A stretch of DNA of 64,000 nt from a virus: the IMG/VR virus record IMGVR_UViG_3300029489_000102, one strand, 5' to 3'. Position numbers and translations under genes: made by a program. Positions 45,759 through 55,749 of this stretch are shown piece after piece (positions within the stretch are counted from its first letter, which is position 1; the number at the start of each line of letters is the position of its first letter). The notes beneath the pieces were generated by a model that was not told where the DNA came from, ran no database searches, and saw only the letters and a list, made by a program, of their open reading frames with translations.

Positions 45759-48700
45759 ATGGGAGAGTTTGTTGGCAAGCGAGTGGTACCGGACCATGTG
45801 GGTGTCTGGGACCAGAAGAAGACCTATGAACCCTTGATGATCATGCTGGACGGCGAGACCGGTGACAGCTATATCAGCCGTAAGGCTGTGCCTATCGGTA
45901 TTTCTCTGTCGGATGAGAGCTACTGGTCGCTGTGTGCTCATTATTCCGCACAGATGCGGAAGCTGGAACAGGATGTAGATGTGGATGTCCAGCAGATGCA
46001 CAGTGATGTTACGGCTGTCAAAAATGCCATGAGTCAGGAGTTCCAGGAGACCCATACGGCAATCAGCAAGGAACTGGATGATACGCACAAGGCAATCAGT
46101 CAGGAGCTGTCGGAAACGGAACAGCGTGTCAATGAGAATCTGGAGCAGACCAGTTCGGAGTTGACTGGCAAGGTCGAACAAGCCAAGTCCGACCTGAACA
46201 CCGGCCGGCAGGAACTGAAGGATGCCAAGGATACGCTGAACAAACGGATGGACAGCATTGCCGGGGGAAAGACCTCGGATGCGGAGATTCTGGATGCTCG
46301 CGTGGATGCGGACGGCAACACGCATGAGAATCTGGGTGCGCATATCCGCAGCGGTTTCGAGAGCGCACGGACAGACCAGGAAGAGGCTGTGAACCACATT
46401 GGGCGGATGGCTGCTGTCAGTGATGCCATGCGCACTGCGAATATGGTACACACGGTGGACTTCAGTGCCAGCAATACCTCTGGAGATGTCAAGGCAACAG
46501 CAGTTTCGCTGGGACATGGCGACCGGGCTGGTGTCATCATCAACGGTGCCTTGAAGGAAGGTGAGAATGATGTAAGTGTCCTGCGCTTTACGGAGCCCAT
46601 GGCATTCAAAGCGGGCACGCCATACACCGTTTTCATTGATGAGACTACCCCCAAGGTGGGGTATGGCATCTACTTCTATGAGGTGGGCACGGGAAACTGT
46701 CTGCAGGTTGGCGGTATCAACCGCGGCTTTACGCCGGCAAACACGAAGATTGCAACGGCTGTGTTCGACAACGGCGGTATGTTCCGTGCAGGCATCTATT
46801 CGACCAACTGTGAATTCGAGAATCATGAACTTCACCTGTACGTTGTGGAGGGCGAGTATACTCAGAGAGATTTCTTTGGGCTTTCTACAGTTGCTGATGT
46901 GTCGGGAAATGTAGCAGAAATCGCCTCTGTTCGAGATGAAGTGAGAAAAAACAATCTCATTGTCATGAAACAGGTGATTCTGAAAAATGAAGAAAATGAA
47001 CCCCTTTGGACATCGACTCCAGTTGGTGCGTTGAACCTCGGTGCAACCGTGCTGAACGGACAACTGGGACCGACTGCTGGAACCTATGCAGTCCAGATTT
47101 CCAGCCCGTTTATGCTGGATAAAGAGAAGGACTATACGCTCTTCCTGTTGGATGAGCGTAAGGATCTGGAATACTCCGTCTATCTGTTGGATGAGACCAC
47201 ATGGAAAGATGTCATGGAAAACGGCGCGACCCGTGCATTCAATGTCATTCACAGCCCGTGTGGTTTGATTCCGGCGCATCAGACCGGTAAGCATCAGCTG
47301 CGGATCTGGGTGCAGCAGGATACGGTGTTTGACAATCGTGCGATTCAGGTCTATCTGGTGGAAGGACGTTATTCGGAGAGCGAACTCCGCACCTATCTTC
47401 CGGCAAAAGAGGCATCCGCGGCCACGAAAGGCTTGATTGGTAATCTGAACGCACTCAACCGTATCAGTGATCCGCTGCGCCGGAACAACATGATCCGCAC
47501 CATCGATTTTCAGGCAAGCGCCTCTGACGGACAGGTTTGTGCAACGGCTGTGAGTTCGGGGGTTGCCTCCGGTACGGTCATCAATGGAAGCCTTGGTCCC
47601 AAGCAGGGAAGAAATACCCTGTATTTCGGAGAGTCCATCTGGCTCGACAGAACAAAAAAGTATACGCTGTACGTCCGGAGCGATGAAAGTATGCCATCTT
47701 GTGAGGTTTATCTCTATGGCAATAGCAAGAGTGGCTGTATGCAGGTGGATGGCCTCAATAAGGGCTTTAGTGTTCACGGAATTATCCCGGTGACGTTTAC
47801 TCCGGATGAAAGCGGTTACTATCGTCCGGGTATCTATACCAGCCAGGATTTGAATTTTCCAAATTGCGAGATGCACCTGTTTGTTCTGGAAGGAGTCTAC
47901 GCCTACGACACAGTTCGTGGCCTTGTGGAGTTCAACGACCTCAACGGGAGCTTTACGAGTCTGGCCGCTGTGCATGACAATGTCCGGAGCAAGAATCTGT
48001 TCCGAACGATCAACTATGGAGACTCGAATCCGCAGACAAATGCTAAGATTCAGATGATTGCGGACAGCGATATCGATCAGGCATCCGTGAAGATCGTGGG
48101 CAATATGGGTGGTACTCTGGCTCTGAACAGCATTCGCTGCACAACCCTTGTGCCGCTGACTTCCGGAAAAACCTATACGTTGCTTGTGCGTGAGGATGAA
48201 GATTGTCCCGCCCTTACGGTATTCCTCGGTGATGAAGTGACCTACGGCTCCATTCAGATCAATGGTGCAACAGTGTCCGTGAATACGAAGAACCGCCATG
48301 TGTACACCTTTACTGCTGATAAGGACTACTCCTGCCGTGCGCGTGTCGTATGCGATACGGCTACGACTTTTGACGGGCAGCATATCCGTGTATATTTGGT
48401 GGAGGGGGCCTATACCGAGCAGCAGATGCGCTCGTGGGCAGAGTATTCTGAACTCCTGCAGGTCAAGGTGGATGCAGACCAGAGGGTCCAGGTATTGTCT
48501 GACCGCGAGGATGCTCGATGGATTTCCACGCACAATGGCTTGGAAAATATCTTGACGGTGTCTGATCGAGCACGGATGAACAATATGGTGAAGACCATTG
48601 ATTCGGTGGTTCGCAGCAATGCCGGCGATGTGTCGGCAACGGCAACTGCCCTCGGCGTTTTGGATGGAGCGGGTATCATTGTCAATGGCCTGATGTCCAG

Positions 48701-50723
48701 TGAGTTGAATGCGACCATCCTTCGCATCTCCGAGCCGATGCATCTGGAAAAGGGAAAGGCCTACACAGTGCATATCGTGGACGATGACCCACCCGCGCCT
48801 TATTCCATGTTCTTCTATAGAACCACTTCCAGTGCCTGTTTGCAGCAGGGTGGTACGAACCGTGGTGTCTCTGCAATCGGCGGACGCTTTGAACAGGTTA
48901 TCCCGGATACGACAGGCGACTACCAAATGGGCATCTATGCTACCGGCGCTGTGTTCAGCAACCACCTGATCCATGCCTATATGTACGAGGGTCAGGATTG
49001 GAGTGCAGATGACTTCTACGCCTATCCCAAGAGCGATACGCTTGCAGCGGTCATTTCCGAGATGGCAGCTGTCAAGGATGATGTCCGCAAGAAGAATCTT
49101 GTGCGGATGCTCGGCAATAAGGGATTCTTGGATGGTACGGGAGTTTACCGCTTGAATTCGATTGGTATGCCGGACCCGGCGGGCATCATGTTGAACGGTA
49201 CCTTTGGTACGGCAAGCACCACGACCTATACCAACATCAGCGAGGTTTTCCATCTGGAGGCAGGGCAGTCCTACACCATTCTTGTCCGGGATACCGATAA
49301 GACGGTGGACTACAACATGACGCTGGTGGACAAGACCACCGGCGCGGCCGTCAAGCAGAATGGTATGGGCCTTGCTTTCAATGTGCAGAAGTCTCCGTTT
49401 GGGACCTTTGCGCCGGATGCCTCGATGGATGTCCGGCTGCGTATCAACTACCGCAAGGAAATGACGCTGGAGGATCATATCCTGCACGTCTATGTGGTCG
49501 AGGGCAAGCTCAGTCAGACAGATATGCTGGCCTTTGCACAGGAGAAAGAGGAAGAACCGGAGGAGGACATCGGGTTTCCGTATGAAAGCTACAACCTGCC
49601 TCTCCTGAAACTGACCGGCTCCATGAAGGGAATCAGCAAGGAGAACAAGGTCAAGCTGACCTACACCTATGGTGAACTCACTGGCAACTGTACGCTGAAA
49701 TGGCAAGGCGCTTCCAGCCTCGCATACGATAAGAAGAACTTCACGATCACCTTCGATGAAAAGCGAACGATCGTTGAGAAGTGGGGTGCTCAGAAGAAGT
49801 ACTGCCTGAAAGCCAATTATATCGATTTCAGCCATTGCCGAAACATCGTTGCGGCCAAACTGTGGGGTCAGGCGGTGCGTACTCGCCCGAAACGCAACGA
49901 AAAGCTGTACGATCTGCCCAACGGCGGCGCCATTGACGGGTTCCCTATCATGGTGGCGATCAATGAGGAGTATCAGGGCATCTACACGCTGAACATTCCG
50001 AAGGATAAGTGGATGTTCGGCATGACCGATGGAGCCAAGGAGTGTATCCTGACGGCCGAAACGCACGCCAAGGGAACGCAGTTTGCTGAGGAAGCTAAGG
50101 TGGATAAGACCGACTTCGAGATGGAGTATGTGCCGGACGAATCCAATACCCAGTGGGTCAAGGACAGCGTGAATACCCTGATTCGTGCTGTTATGAACTT
50201 CAGCGGCACTACCGCAGCAGATGTGGAGTCGGCACTCAGTCCGTATCTGGATCTTGACAGCGCCGTGGACTACTTTATAATCACATCCATGTTCGCACTG
50301 ACTGATAACCTAGACAAGAACTATATCCTGATGACCTTTGATGGCGTGAAGTGGGCGTTCTCCGAGTACGATCTTGACACCGCATTCGGCAACTGCTGGA
50401 ACGGTAAGGTCTACTATAACCCGGATACCGTCACGACGCTCAAAGGGTTTGCCGGCAGCCACAAATTGATGGGAATCCTGTACAACTGCTACAGAGCTAA
50501 GATCAAGTCCCGGTATGCCTCACTCCGAAAGAACGTTCTGAGCGAGGGTAATGTTCAGACGGTGGTTTCCAACTTTCTTGTGGACATCCCGAAGGGGCTG
50601 CTGGATCATGAAGTGGTGTTGTGGCCGAAGATTCCCGGAACGAACACTAATAATATGAGCCAGATTATCAACTGGTATCGTCTGAAGTGTATCGCTATGG
50701 ACGCAGAGGTAAATGCCCTCTGA
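45759..50723 (+). CDS. tail fiber / receptor-binding protein 1 (1,654 aa): conserved N-terminal anchor, ~7 repeated beta-sandwich modules, C-terminal CotH-like domain
   Basis: N-terminal 190 aa about 65% identical to the next fiber. Repeating ~200-aa units (...ATAVS.G...INGxLG...YTL.VR.D...YxYxYE...CLQxGGxNRGF...GIYxT...HLYVVEGxY). C-terminus KKNFTITFDEKRTIVEKWGAQKKYCLKANYIDFSHCRN...INEEYQGIYTL resembles CotH. Confidence 0.7.
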   Translation: MGEFVGKRVVPDHVGVWDQKKTYEPLMIMLDGETGDSYISRKAVPIGISLSDESYWSLCAHYSAQMRKLEQDVDVDVQQMHSDVTAVKNAMSQEFQETHTAISKELDDTHKAISQELSETEQRVNENLEQTSSELTGKVEQAKSDLNTGRQELKDAKDTLNKRMDSIAGGKTSDAEILDARVDADGNTHENLGAHIRSGFESARTDQEEAVNHIGRMAAVSDAMRTANMVHTVDFSASNTSGDVKATAVSLGHGDRAGVIINGALKEGENDVSVLRFTEPMAFKAGTPYTVFIDETTPKVGYGIYFYEVGTGNCLQVGGINRGFTPANTKIATAVFDNGGMFRAGIYSTNCEFENHELHLYVVEGEYTQRDFFGLSTVADVSGNVAEIASVRDEVRKNNLIVMKQVILKNEENEPLWTSTPVGALNLGATVLNGQLGPTAGTYAVQISSPFMLDKEKDYTLFLLDERKDLEYSVYLLDETTWKDVMENGATRAFNVIHSPCGLIPAHQTGKHQLRIWVQQDTVFDNRAIQVYLVEGRYSESELRTYLPAKEASAATKGLIGNLNALNRISDPLRRNNMIRTIDFQASASDGQVCATAVSSGVASGTVINGSLGPKQGRNTLYFGESIWLDRTKKYTLYVRSDESMPSCEVYLYGNSKSGCMQVDGLNKGFSVHGIIPVTFTPDESGYYRPGIYTSQDLNFPNCEMHLFVLEGVYAYDTVRGLVEFNDLNGSFTSLAAVHDNVRSKNLFRTINYGDSNPQTNAKIQMIADSDIDQASVKIVGNMGGTLALNSIRCTTLVPLTSGKTYTLLVREDEDCPALTVFLGDEVTYGSIQINGATVSVNTKNRHVYTFTADKDYSCRARVVCDTATTFDGQHIRVYLVEGAYTEQQMRSWAEYSELLQVKVDADQRVQVLSDREDARWISTHNGLENILTVSDRARMNNMVKTIDSVVRSNAGDVSATATALGVLDGAGIIVNGLMSSELNATILRISEPMHLEKGKAYTVHIVDDDPPAPYSMFFYRTTSSACLQQGGTNRGVSAIGGRFEQVIPDTTGDYQMGIYATGAVFSNHLIHAYMYEGQDWSADDFYAYPKSDTLAAVISEMAAVKDDVRKKNLVRMLGNKGFLDGTGVYRLNSIGMPDPAGIMLNGTFGTASTTTYTNISEVFHLEAGQSYTILVRDTDKTVDYNMTLVDKTTGAAVKQNGMGLAFNVQKSPFGTFAPDASMDVRLRINYRKEMTLEDHILHVYVVEGKLSQTDMLAFAQEKEEEPEEDIGFPYESYNLPLLKLTGSMKGISKENKVKLTYTYGELTGNCTLKWQGASSLAYDKKNFTITFDEKRTIVEKWGAQKKYCLKANYIDFSHCRNIVAAKLWGQAVRTRPKRNEKLYDLPNGGAIDGFPIMVAINEEYQGIYTLNIPKDKWMFGMTDGAKECILTAETHAKGTQFAEEAKVDKTDFEMEYVPDESNTQWVKDSVNTLIRAVMNFSGTTAADVESALSPYLDLDSAVDYFIITSMFALTDNLDKNYILMTFDGVKWAFSEYDLDTAFGNCWNGKVYYNPDTVTTLKGFAGSHKLMGILYNCYRAKIKSRYASLRKNVLSEGNVQTVVSNFLVDIPKGLLDHEVVLWPKIPGTNTNNMSQIINWYRLKCIAMDAEVNAL

Positions 50724-50735
50724 GAAAGGAGAATT

Positions 50736-50795
50736 ATGAATAAAAACGATAATATGAAAGAAATTTTCGGGGGGGGGGGTACTCCTGAAAGCTGA
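50736..50795 (+). other. mini-ORF (19 codons, MNKNDNMKEFSGGGGTPES) with GAAAGGAG RBS containing a G12 homopolymer
   Basis: Located in the AT-rich spacer between the two fiber genes. Confidence 0.3.
50768..50779 (+). repeat. homopolymeric G tract (12 G)
   Basis: cggggggggggggt read directly from the sequence. Potential slipped-strand length variation or a sequencing hotspot. Confidence 0.8.
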
Positions 50796-50866
50796 TTTTC
50801 ATCCTCCCCCTGCTTGCAAAAAGGACGTTGGTAAGCCTTTGAGTAAGCAGAAGGGAGAATGAAGTC

Positions 50867-53485
50867 ATGGGTGAATTCGTAGGTGGACGCATTGTGCCAA
50901 AGCATTGCGGCGCATGGAATAAGAACAGCAAGTATGAGATGCTCAGTATCGTGTATCAGCCGGAGACGGGCGACAGCTATATCAGCCGCAAGTCCGTCCC
51001 GGCGGGTACTGCTTTGAACAGCGAGGAATACTGGGCAATCTGCTCGGAGTATTCCGCACAGGTCCGTAAGCTGGAACAGGATGTTGATGCTGATGTCGAG
51101 CAGATGCACACTGATCTTGCACAGACTAAGGCAGACATGAGCAAGGAGTTTTCCGAAACTCATGTAGCCATGAGCAAAGAACTGACGGATACGCATACGG
51201 CTATCAGTCAGGAGCTCACAGAAACGGAAAGCCGTATGCAGGAGAGCCTGCAGCAGACTACAGAAACTCTTTCCGGCAAGGTCGAACAGGCCCAAACTGA
51301 TTTGAATACCGGCCGTAAGGAACTGAACGATGCTAAGACCACGCTGAATAAGCGGATGGACAGTATCGCCGGAGGCATGACCGCTGACAGTGAGATTCTG
51401 GATGCCCGCGTGGACAACCAGGGTACGACCCATGCCTCACTAGGCGAAGCAATGCGCTCGGCGGAAAAGACACGCGGTCTGTGGGATGATTGGCTTACTA
51501 CAATCGTGTCCCAGCTTCTGGATGAGGCGACTGGTCGTGAGACAAAGGAATTGACCTTTGATTTCACGATTCGGACCTTCATCAATCTGAACGGCACGGT
51601 GGGTACGCTGGCGAATGAAAGCGACAGTCACTGGCACACCTCGGAGATGATCCCTGTTGTGGCAGGCCATGTGTATATTATCACTGCATCTAGTGGCTGG
51701 AAAAAATACTACTATGCTTTCTATGACAGCGACGAGAATGTTCTTGCTGGTGAGATCGCGCCGGATAACAAGTCCGGTAAAATCGAGAATCGAATCGTAA
51801 TCGCGCCGGTTGGGGCGGTCAGTATGCGTATCACCTGGATTCAGGTTTCGAATTTTATGGGTAAGGTGGAGGAAGTGACTCGATTCCTTTTCCCGACAAA
51901 TGAGCTGAACGAGAAACCTGAATCCCGGATGGTTGCGGTGGAGACTGGTCTGGAAAAGGCGAAGGCCGATCTGATTGCAGCGGCAACCGGGGAGCAGAAT
52001 ACGCTTCTGAGTGCTGCGGTCGTGGAAGGGGAAGCAGTTGAGTTCACCTATACTGCCAACCGGTGCATCAATGAAAAAGCAGGAGAGGTTGTGCCACTGT
52101 CGAGTGAGAACACGGCATTCCGTGTATCCGAGCCGATTCCGGTCAGCCCTGGTGAATTGTATGCATTTACGGTATCCGGCGGCTGGAGTAAGTACCTGTA
52201 TGCCTTTTATGATGAGAATGATAAGGTGGTAGGAGGGTTCCAGCAGAAGACCGATATGATTCGAACCTACTACGACCGCATTTCTCCTGTTCCGGCAACT
52301 GCTGCAACGGTACGTATCGCATGGGTGGAGAACAACCATTTCACGGGTGTAATCAAAAAGGTTACACGAATCAGCTATCCTTCGGCAGAGTTGGTCGGCA
52401 CAGCAGCAGAACAGGCGGCAGAACGCGATAGCAGAATCTCCGGCTTGGAAAACTATCTGGCAAGCAAGATCGTGGACGAGAACTACGAATATGCTATTGG
52501 AGAAGCTGTCAAAGTTACCGAAAACAACGGAATGCTCCTGAATCCGACAACAGGTGCCATAGTGAAAGAGCCGACTGGTAACACGAATTACCGGTTGTCC
52601 GAGCCTATCACTGTGGAACCGTATACCCCGTACTGCATCAGCGCAGCCGGAAAAGCCGGGTACGGCCTCTATGCATTTTACGATGTGAACGGAAATCGGG
52701 TCGGCGGCGAAAACAACACAGGCAATACTGATCGCAAGATTGAGAATAAGGTTGTGACTTCTCCGGCACGAGCAGTTTCTATTCGGGTTGCATGCATCAA
52801 CGGTATGCAGAGTTGCGGCATCCAGCCTATGACTCGTGGCTATTTTATCGGCATGAAACCTAAGTGGTATGGCCGCACATGGGTGTGCCTTGGTGACAGC
52901 TTGACGGAAAGCAATAGCCGTACTACGAAGCACTACTTCGACTATATCGCCGAAAAGACAGGCATTAAGACCGTGAACCTCGGTGTCAGTGGAACTGGTT
53001 ATATGCGGCGGAAGGATATCAACCGAGCATTTTACCAGCGCGTCAGTGATATCCAGGAGGATGCCGATGTGATCACCATCTTCGGCAGCGGCAACGATCT
53101 CTCGTCTGACCAGACGCTGGGAACTGTCACGGATACGGGTACCGATACAATCTGTGGCTGCATCAACGCAACTATTGACGCCATCTACGAACGCATCCCT
53201 CTGGCTCGGCTGGGTATCGTGACCCCGACTCCGTGGGTCGGCAGTATGCCTTCTAAGACAACCTGCGGTATGGCGAAGTACTCGGAGGCAATCGTTGAGA
53301 TCTGCAAGCGGCGCAGCATCCCGTGCCTGGATCTGTACCACGAATCCAACCTGCGACCTGATGATGAGAATTTCCGCAAGCTCGCATTCTCTAAGGACGG
53401 CGGCAATGGCGTGCATCCCGATGAAAAGGGGCATGAGATCATCGCTGCGTCCTTCCAGAGCTTGCTGGAACGGCTCATCCTTTAA
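50867..53485 (+). CDS. tail fiber / receptor-binding protein 2 (872 aa) with C-terminal SGNH/GDSL hydrolase (esterase) domain
   Basis: Shared N-terminal anchor with fiber 1. C-terminal blocks VCLGDSLTE (block I), FGSGNDL (block III), DGGNGVHPDEKGH (block V). Confidence 0.75.
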   Translation: MGEFVGGRIVPKHCGAWNKNSKYEMLSIVYQPETGDSYISRKSVPAGTALNSEEYWAICSEYSAQVRKLEQDVDADVEQMHTDLAQTKADMSKEFSETHVAMSKELTDTHTAISQELTETESRMQESLQQTTETLSGKVEQAQTDLNTGRKELNDAKTTLNKRMDSIAGGMTADSEILDARVDNQGTTHASLGEAMRSAEKTRGLWDDWLTTIVSQLLDEATGRETKELTFDFTIRTFINLNGTVGTLANESDSHWHTSEMIPVVAGHVYIITASSGWKKYYYAFYDSDENVLAGEIAPDNKSGKIENRIVIAPVGAVSMRITWIQVSNFMGKVEEVTRFLFPTNELNEKPESRMVAVETGLEKAKADLIAAATGEQNTLLSAAVVEGEAVEFTYTANRCINEKAGEVVPLSSENTAFRVSEPIPVSPGELYAFTVSGGWSKYLYAFYDENDKVVGGFQQKTDMIRTYYDRISPVPATAATVRIAWVENNHFTGVIKKVTRISYPSAELVGTAAEQAAERDSRISGLENYLASKIVDENYEYAIGEAVKVTENNGMLLNPTTGAIVKEPTGNTNYRLSEPITVEPYTPYCISAAGKAGYGLYAFYDVNGNRVGGENNTGNTDRKIENKVVTSPARAVSIRVACINGMQSCGIQPMTRGYFIGMKPKWYGRTWVCLGDSLTESNSRTTKHYFDYIAEKTGIKTVNLGVSGTGYMRRKDINRAFYQRVSDIQEDADVITIFGSGNDLSSDQTLGTVTDTGTDTICGCINATIDAIYERIPLARLGIVTPTPWVGSMPSKTTCGMAKYSEAIVEICKRRSIPCLDLYHESNLRPDDENFRKLAFSKDGGNGVHPDEKGHEIIAASFQSLLERLIL

Positions 53486-53489
53486 TACC

Positions 53490-53516
53490 CCACAGCCACA
53501 CGGCTGTGTTTATATA
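53490..53516 (+). terminator. hairpin CACAGCC-ACAC-GGCTGTG + TTTATAT
   Basis: After fiber 2. Confidence 0.5.
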
Positions 53517-53532
53517 GAACACCATTACACAA

Positions 53533-53557
53533 GGACGGAGCACCGTCCTATTTTTTA
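53533..53557 (+). terminator. intrinsic terminator GGACGG-AGCA-CCGTCC + TATTTTTTA
   Basis: 6-bp GC stem plus T-run. Confidence 0.65.
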
Positions 53558-53592
53558 TGCCCTGCAAAGGGCAGGAAAGGCAAGGTACAAGT

Positions 53593-54024
53593 ATGCAGAA
53601 TGTAATCGACAAACTCCAGTTTGCTTTTGCGGCACTGGGCGGTTTTCTCGGCTGGTTCTTCGGAGGCTTTGATGGCTTCCTCTACGCACTCATCATCTTT
53701 GTGGTGACCGACTACTTCACCGGTATCCTTGCGGCGGGCATCCGCAAGGAGCTGTCCAGCGAGGTGGGCTTTAAGGGCATTGCCAAGAAGGTGTGCATCT
53801 TCCTGTTGGTGGGCGTGGCGAATGTTATCGATACGCAGGTGCTTCAGAACGGCGCAGCGATTCGCACCGCTGTGATTTTCTTCTACCTGTCCAATGAAGG
53901 CCTGTCCATCCTGGAGAACTCTGCCGTAATCGGCATTCCCATCCCGGAGAAGCTGAAGGATATGCTGATCCAGCTGACCAACGAGAAGCATATCCCGGAG
54001 AAAGATGACGAAAAAGAAGGGTAA
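53593..54024 (+). CDS. holin (Phage_holin_4_1 / TcdE-like family)
   Basis: MQNVIDKL...LYALIIFVVTDYFTGILAAGIRKELSSEVGFKGIAKKVCIFLLVGVANVID: typical family pattern with two TM helices. Directly upstream of the lysin genes. Confidence 0.75.
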   Translation: MQNVIDKLQFAFAALGGFLGWFFGGFDGFLYALIIFVVTDYFTGILAAGIRKELSSEVGFKGIAKKVCIFLLVGVANVIDTQVLQNGAAIRTAVIFFYLSNEGLSILENSAVIGIPIPEKLKDMLIQLTNEKHIPEKDDEKEG

Positions 54025-54223
54025 CTATACAACTTTTCGCCATTTTCATTGTGTTTTATGAGAGGGAAATTTGGAGAACTGGGTACCAAATGCTGAATTT
54101 CAGTAAGCATAATAAGAGAAGTTTTCTGAAAAGTACCTCCCCAAAGCCAAAAAATCGTGCGCTTTATGAAGGAGTCTATTGGGAGAGGGCGACCTCTCCC
54201 TAATTTTAGATGGAGGAACGACT

Positions 54224-54883
54224 ATGAATGAATATCCTGCAAAGCTGAACACCGGCTATTATCGTGTTCGGACCGATTGGAACGATGACGCATCCCAGCT
54301 CGGTGCATATAAGCTGCTGGCAAATGCCAAGGCGAAGTGTGACGAGAACCCCGGCAGCCATGTTTTTGCCGAGGACGGCACGGTCATCTATCCGGCGGAT
54401 GAGCCCACGACCCGGGAAGAAACCGCTGAGGAGAAGCCTGTAATGGATCTCCCGGAAGAGGACAAGCCCAGCGATGATGCACCCGGCGATGGCGAAGAGG
54501 ACTTCCCGTCCGCAGAGCCACAGCCGGATGCCGTTGCTTTCGGTAAGCTGAAGACCCTGATGAACATCCGCAAGGAACCCAGTCTCGAAGCAGAGGTCGT
54601 GACTGTGTACCCGATGAACACCATCGTGGAGGTGCTGGAGGTCTGCGACAACTGGCTGAAGATCAAGTGCCCGGAGGCGGAGGACGGCATTGCCTATGTG
54701 CTGAACGAGGATGATGCCTATGTCTTTGTCGGCAGAGATGTGTACGAAGTCGTAGCAGGGGACAACCTGTGGCGCATCGCAGAGCGTAAGCTCGGCAGCG
54801 GTACCCACTACACGGACATCCGTGAGCTGAACGGCCTGACTTCCAATGCCATCCGAATCGGCATGAAGCTGCTTCTGCCCTGA
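54224..54883 (+). CDS. LysM-domain protein with N-terminal cell-wall-binding repeat shared with the endolysin
   Basis: C-terminal LysM (YEVVAGDNLWRIAERKLG...LNGLTSNAIRIGMKLLLP). N-terminal YYRVRTDWNDDASQLGAYKLLANAKAKCDENPGSHVF repeat also present twice in the 55750 ORF. Confidence 0.6.
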   Translation: MNEYPAKLNTGYYRVRTDWNDDASQLGAYKLLANAKAKCDENPGSHVFAEDGTVIYPADEPTTREETAEEKPVMDLPEEDKPSDDAPGDGEEDFPSAEPQPDAVAFGKLKTLMNIRKEPSLEAEVVTVYPMNTIVEVLEVCDNWLKIKCPEAEDGIAYVLNEDDAYVFVGRDVYEVVAGDNLWRIAERKLGSGTHYTDIRELNGLTSNAIRIGMKLLLP

Positions 54884-54908
54884 CCAAAAACCAAATCAAC
54901 ACAGTCTG

Positions 54909-54934
54909 GCCCGGAGCAATCCGGGCTTTTTTCT
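54909..54934 (+). terminator. intrinsic terminator GCCCGG-AGCAAT-CCGGGC + TTTTTTCT
   Basis: Read directly from the sequence. Confidence 0.7.
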
Positions 54935-54951
54935 ATTGGGAGGAATCTTCT

Positions 54952-55737
54952 ATGGCATACACTAACAGTCCCTTAGTGGTTTATACGAACCTCAGCCCGA
55001 ACCATTCTGGGCAGCGGACACACAGCATCGACCGCATCACCCCGCACTGTGTGGTGGGGCAGTTGTCTGCGGAAAGTATCTGTGGCTGCTTCATCAGCCC
55101 GAGTCGTCAGGCAAGTTGTAACTACGGCATCGGCAAGGACGGCCGTGTGTCGCTCTGTGTCGAAGAAAAGAACCGGAGCTGGTGCTCTTCCAGTGCAGCA
55201 AACGATCAGCGGGCTATCACTATCGAGTGCGCCAGTGACCTGACCCACCCATACGCCATGAACAGTGCCGTCTACACTTCGCTTATCAAGCTCTGTACCG
55301 ACATCTGCAAGCGGAACGGTAAGACCAAGCTGCTCTGGCTGGGGGACAAGAACAAGACGCTGAACTATGCGCCGGCATCGGATGAGATGGTTCTGACCGT
55401 CCACCGCTGGTATGCGAACAAAGCCTGCCCCGGCGACTGGCTGTACAGCCGCCTCAGTGATCTGGCGGCCAAGGTAACGGCGGCACTGGGCACTCCTGTT
55501 GAATCCACTGGCTTACAGGCAGCTTCTTTGAAGGATATGGAGTCCGCAGAGGTTGTGACAAAGGTGGCCACGCTGTTTACCGCAAACCAGAAGCAGTCCG
55601 GCATCCTTGCCAGCGTGTCCATGGCGCAGTTCATTCTGGAATCCGGCTACGGCAAGTCCGAGCTGGCACAGAATGCCAATAACTGCTTTGGCATGAAGGC
55701 ATCACTTTCCGGGAACACCTGGTCGGGTTTTGCCTAG
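54952..55737 (+). CDS. endolysin part 1: N-acetylmuramoyl-L-alanine amidase (Amidase_2/PGRP) plus start of glucosaminidase domain, ending at in-frame TAG
   Basis: Amidase_2 motifs (ITPHCVV, AITIECA, HRWYANKACPGDW). Glucosaminidase start SMAQFILESGYGKSELAQNANNCFGMKA. Stop TAG 55735-55737. Confidence 0.8.
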   Translation: MAYTNSPLVVYTNLSPNHSGQRTHSIDRITPHCVVGQLSAESICGCFISPSRQASCNYGIGKDGRVSLCVEEKNRSWCSSSAANDQRAITIECASDLTHPYAMNSAVYTSLIKLCTDICKRNGKTKLLWLGDKNKTLNYAPASDEMVLTVHRWYANKACPGDWLYSRLSDLAAKVTAALGTPVESTGLQAASLKDMESAEVVTKVATLFTANQKQSGILASVSMAQFILESGYGKSELAQNANNCFGMKASLSGNTWSGFA

Positions 55738-55749
55738 GATGGGCATTCC

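Noticed and set aside
45465-50066. Very long minus-strand ORFs (for example 45465-50066 of 1533 aa; also 38386-40581 of 731 aa, 11130-12962 of 610 aa, 9241-10932 of 563 aa, 51440-53434 of 664 aa) opposite well-supported + strand genes
   Set aside because: Their translations are low-complexity and Arg/Pro/His-rich, with no domain signatures. They lie antisense to confidently identified phage genes (fibers, tape-measure protein, methylase, MetK). Long antisense ORFs are expected in GC-rich coding DNA.
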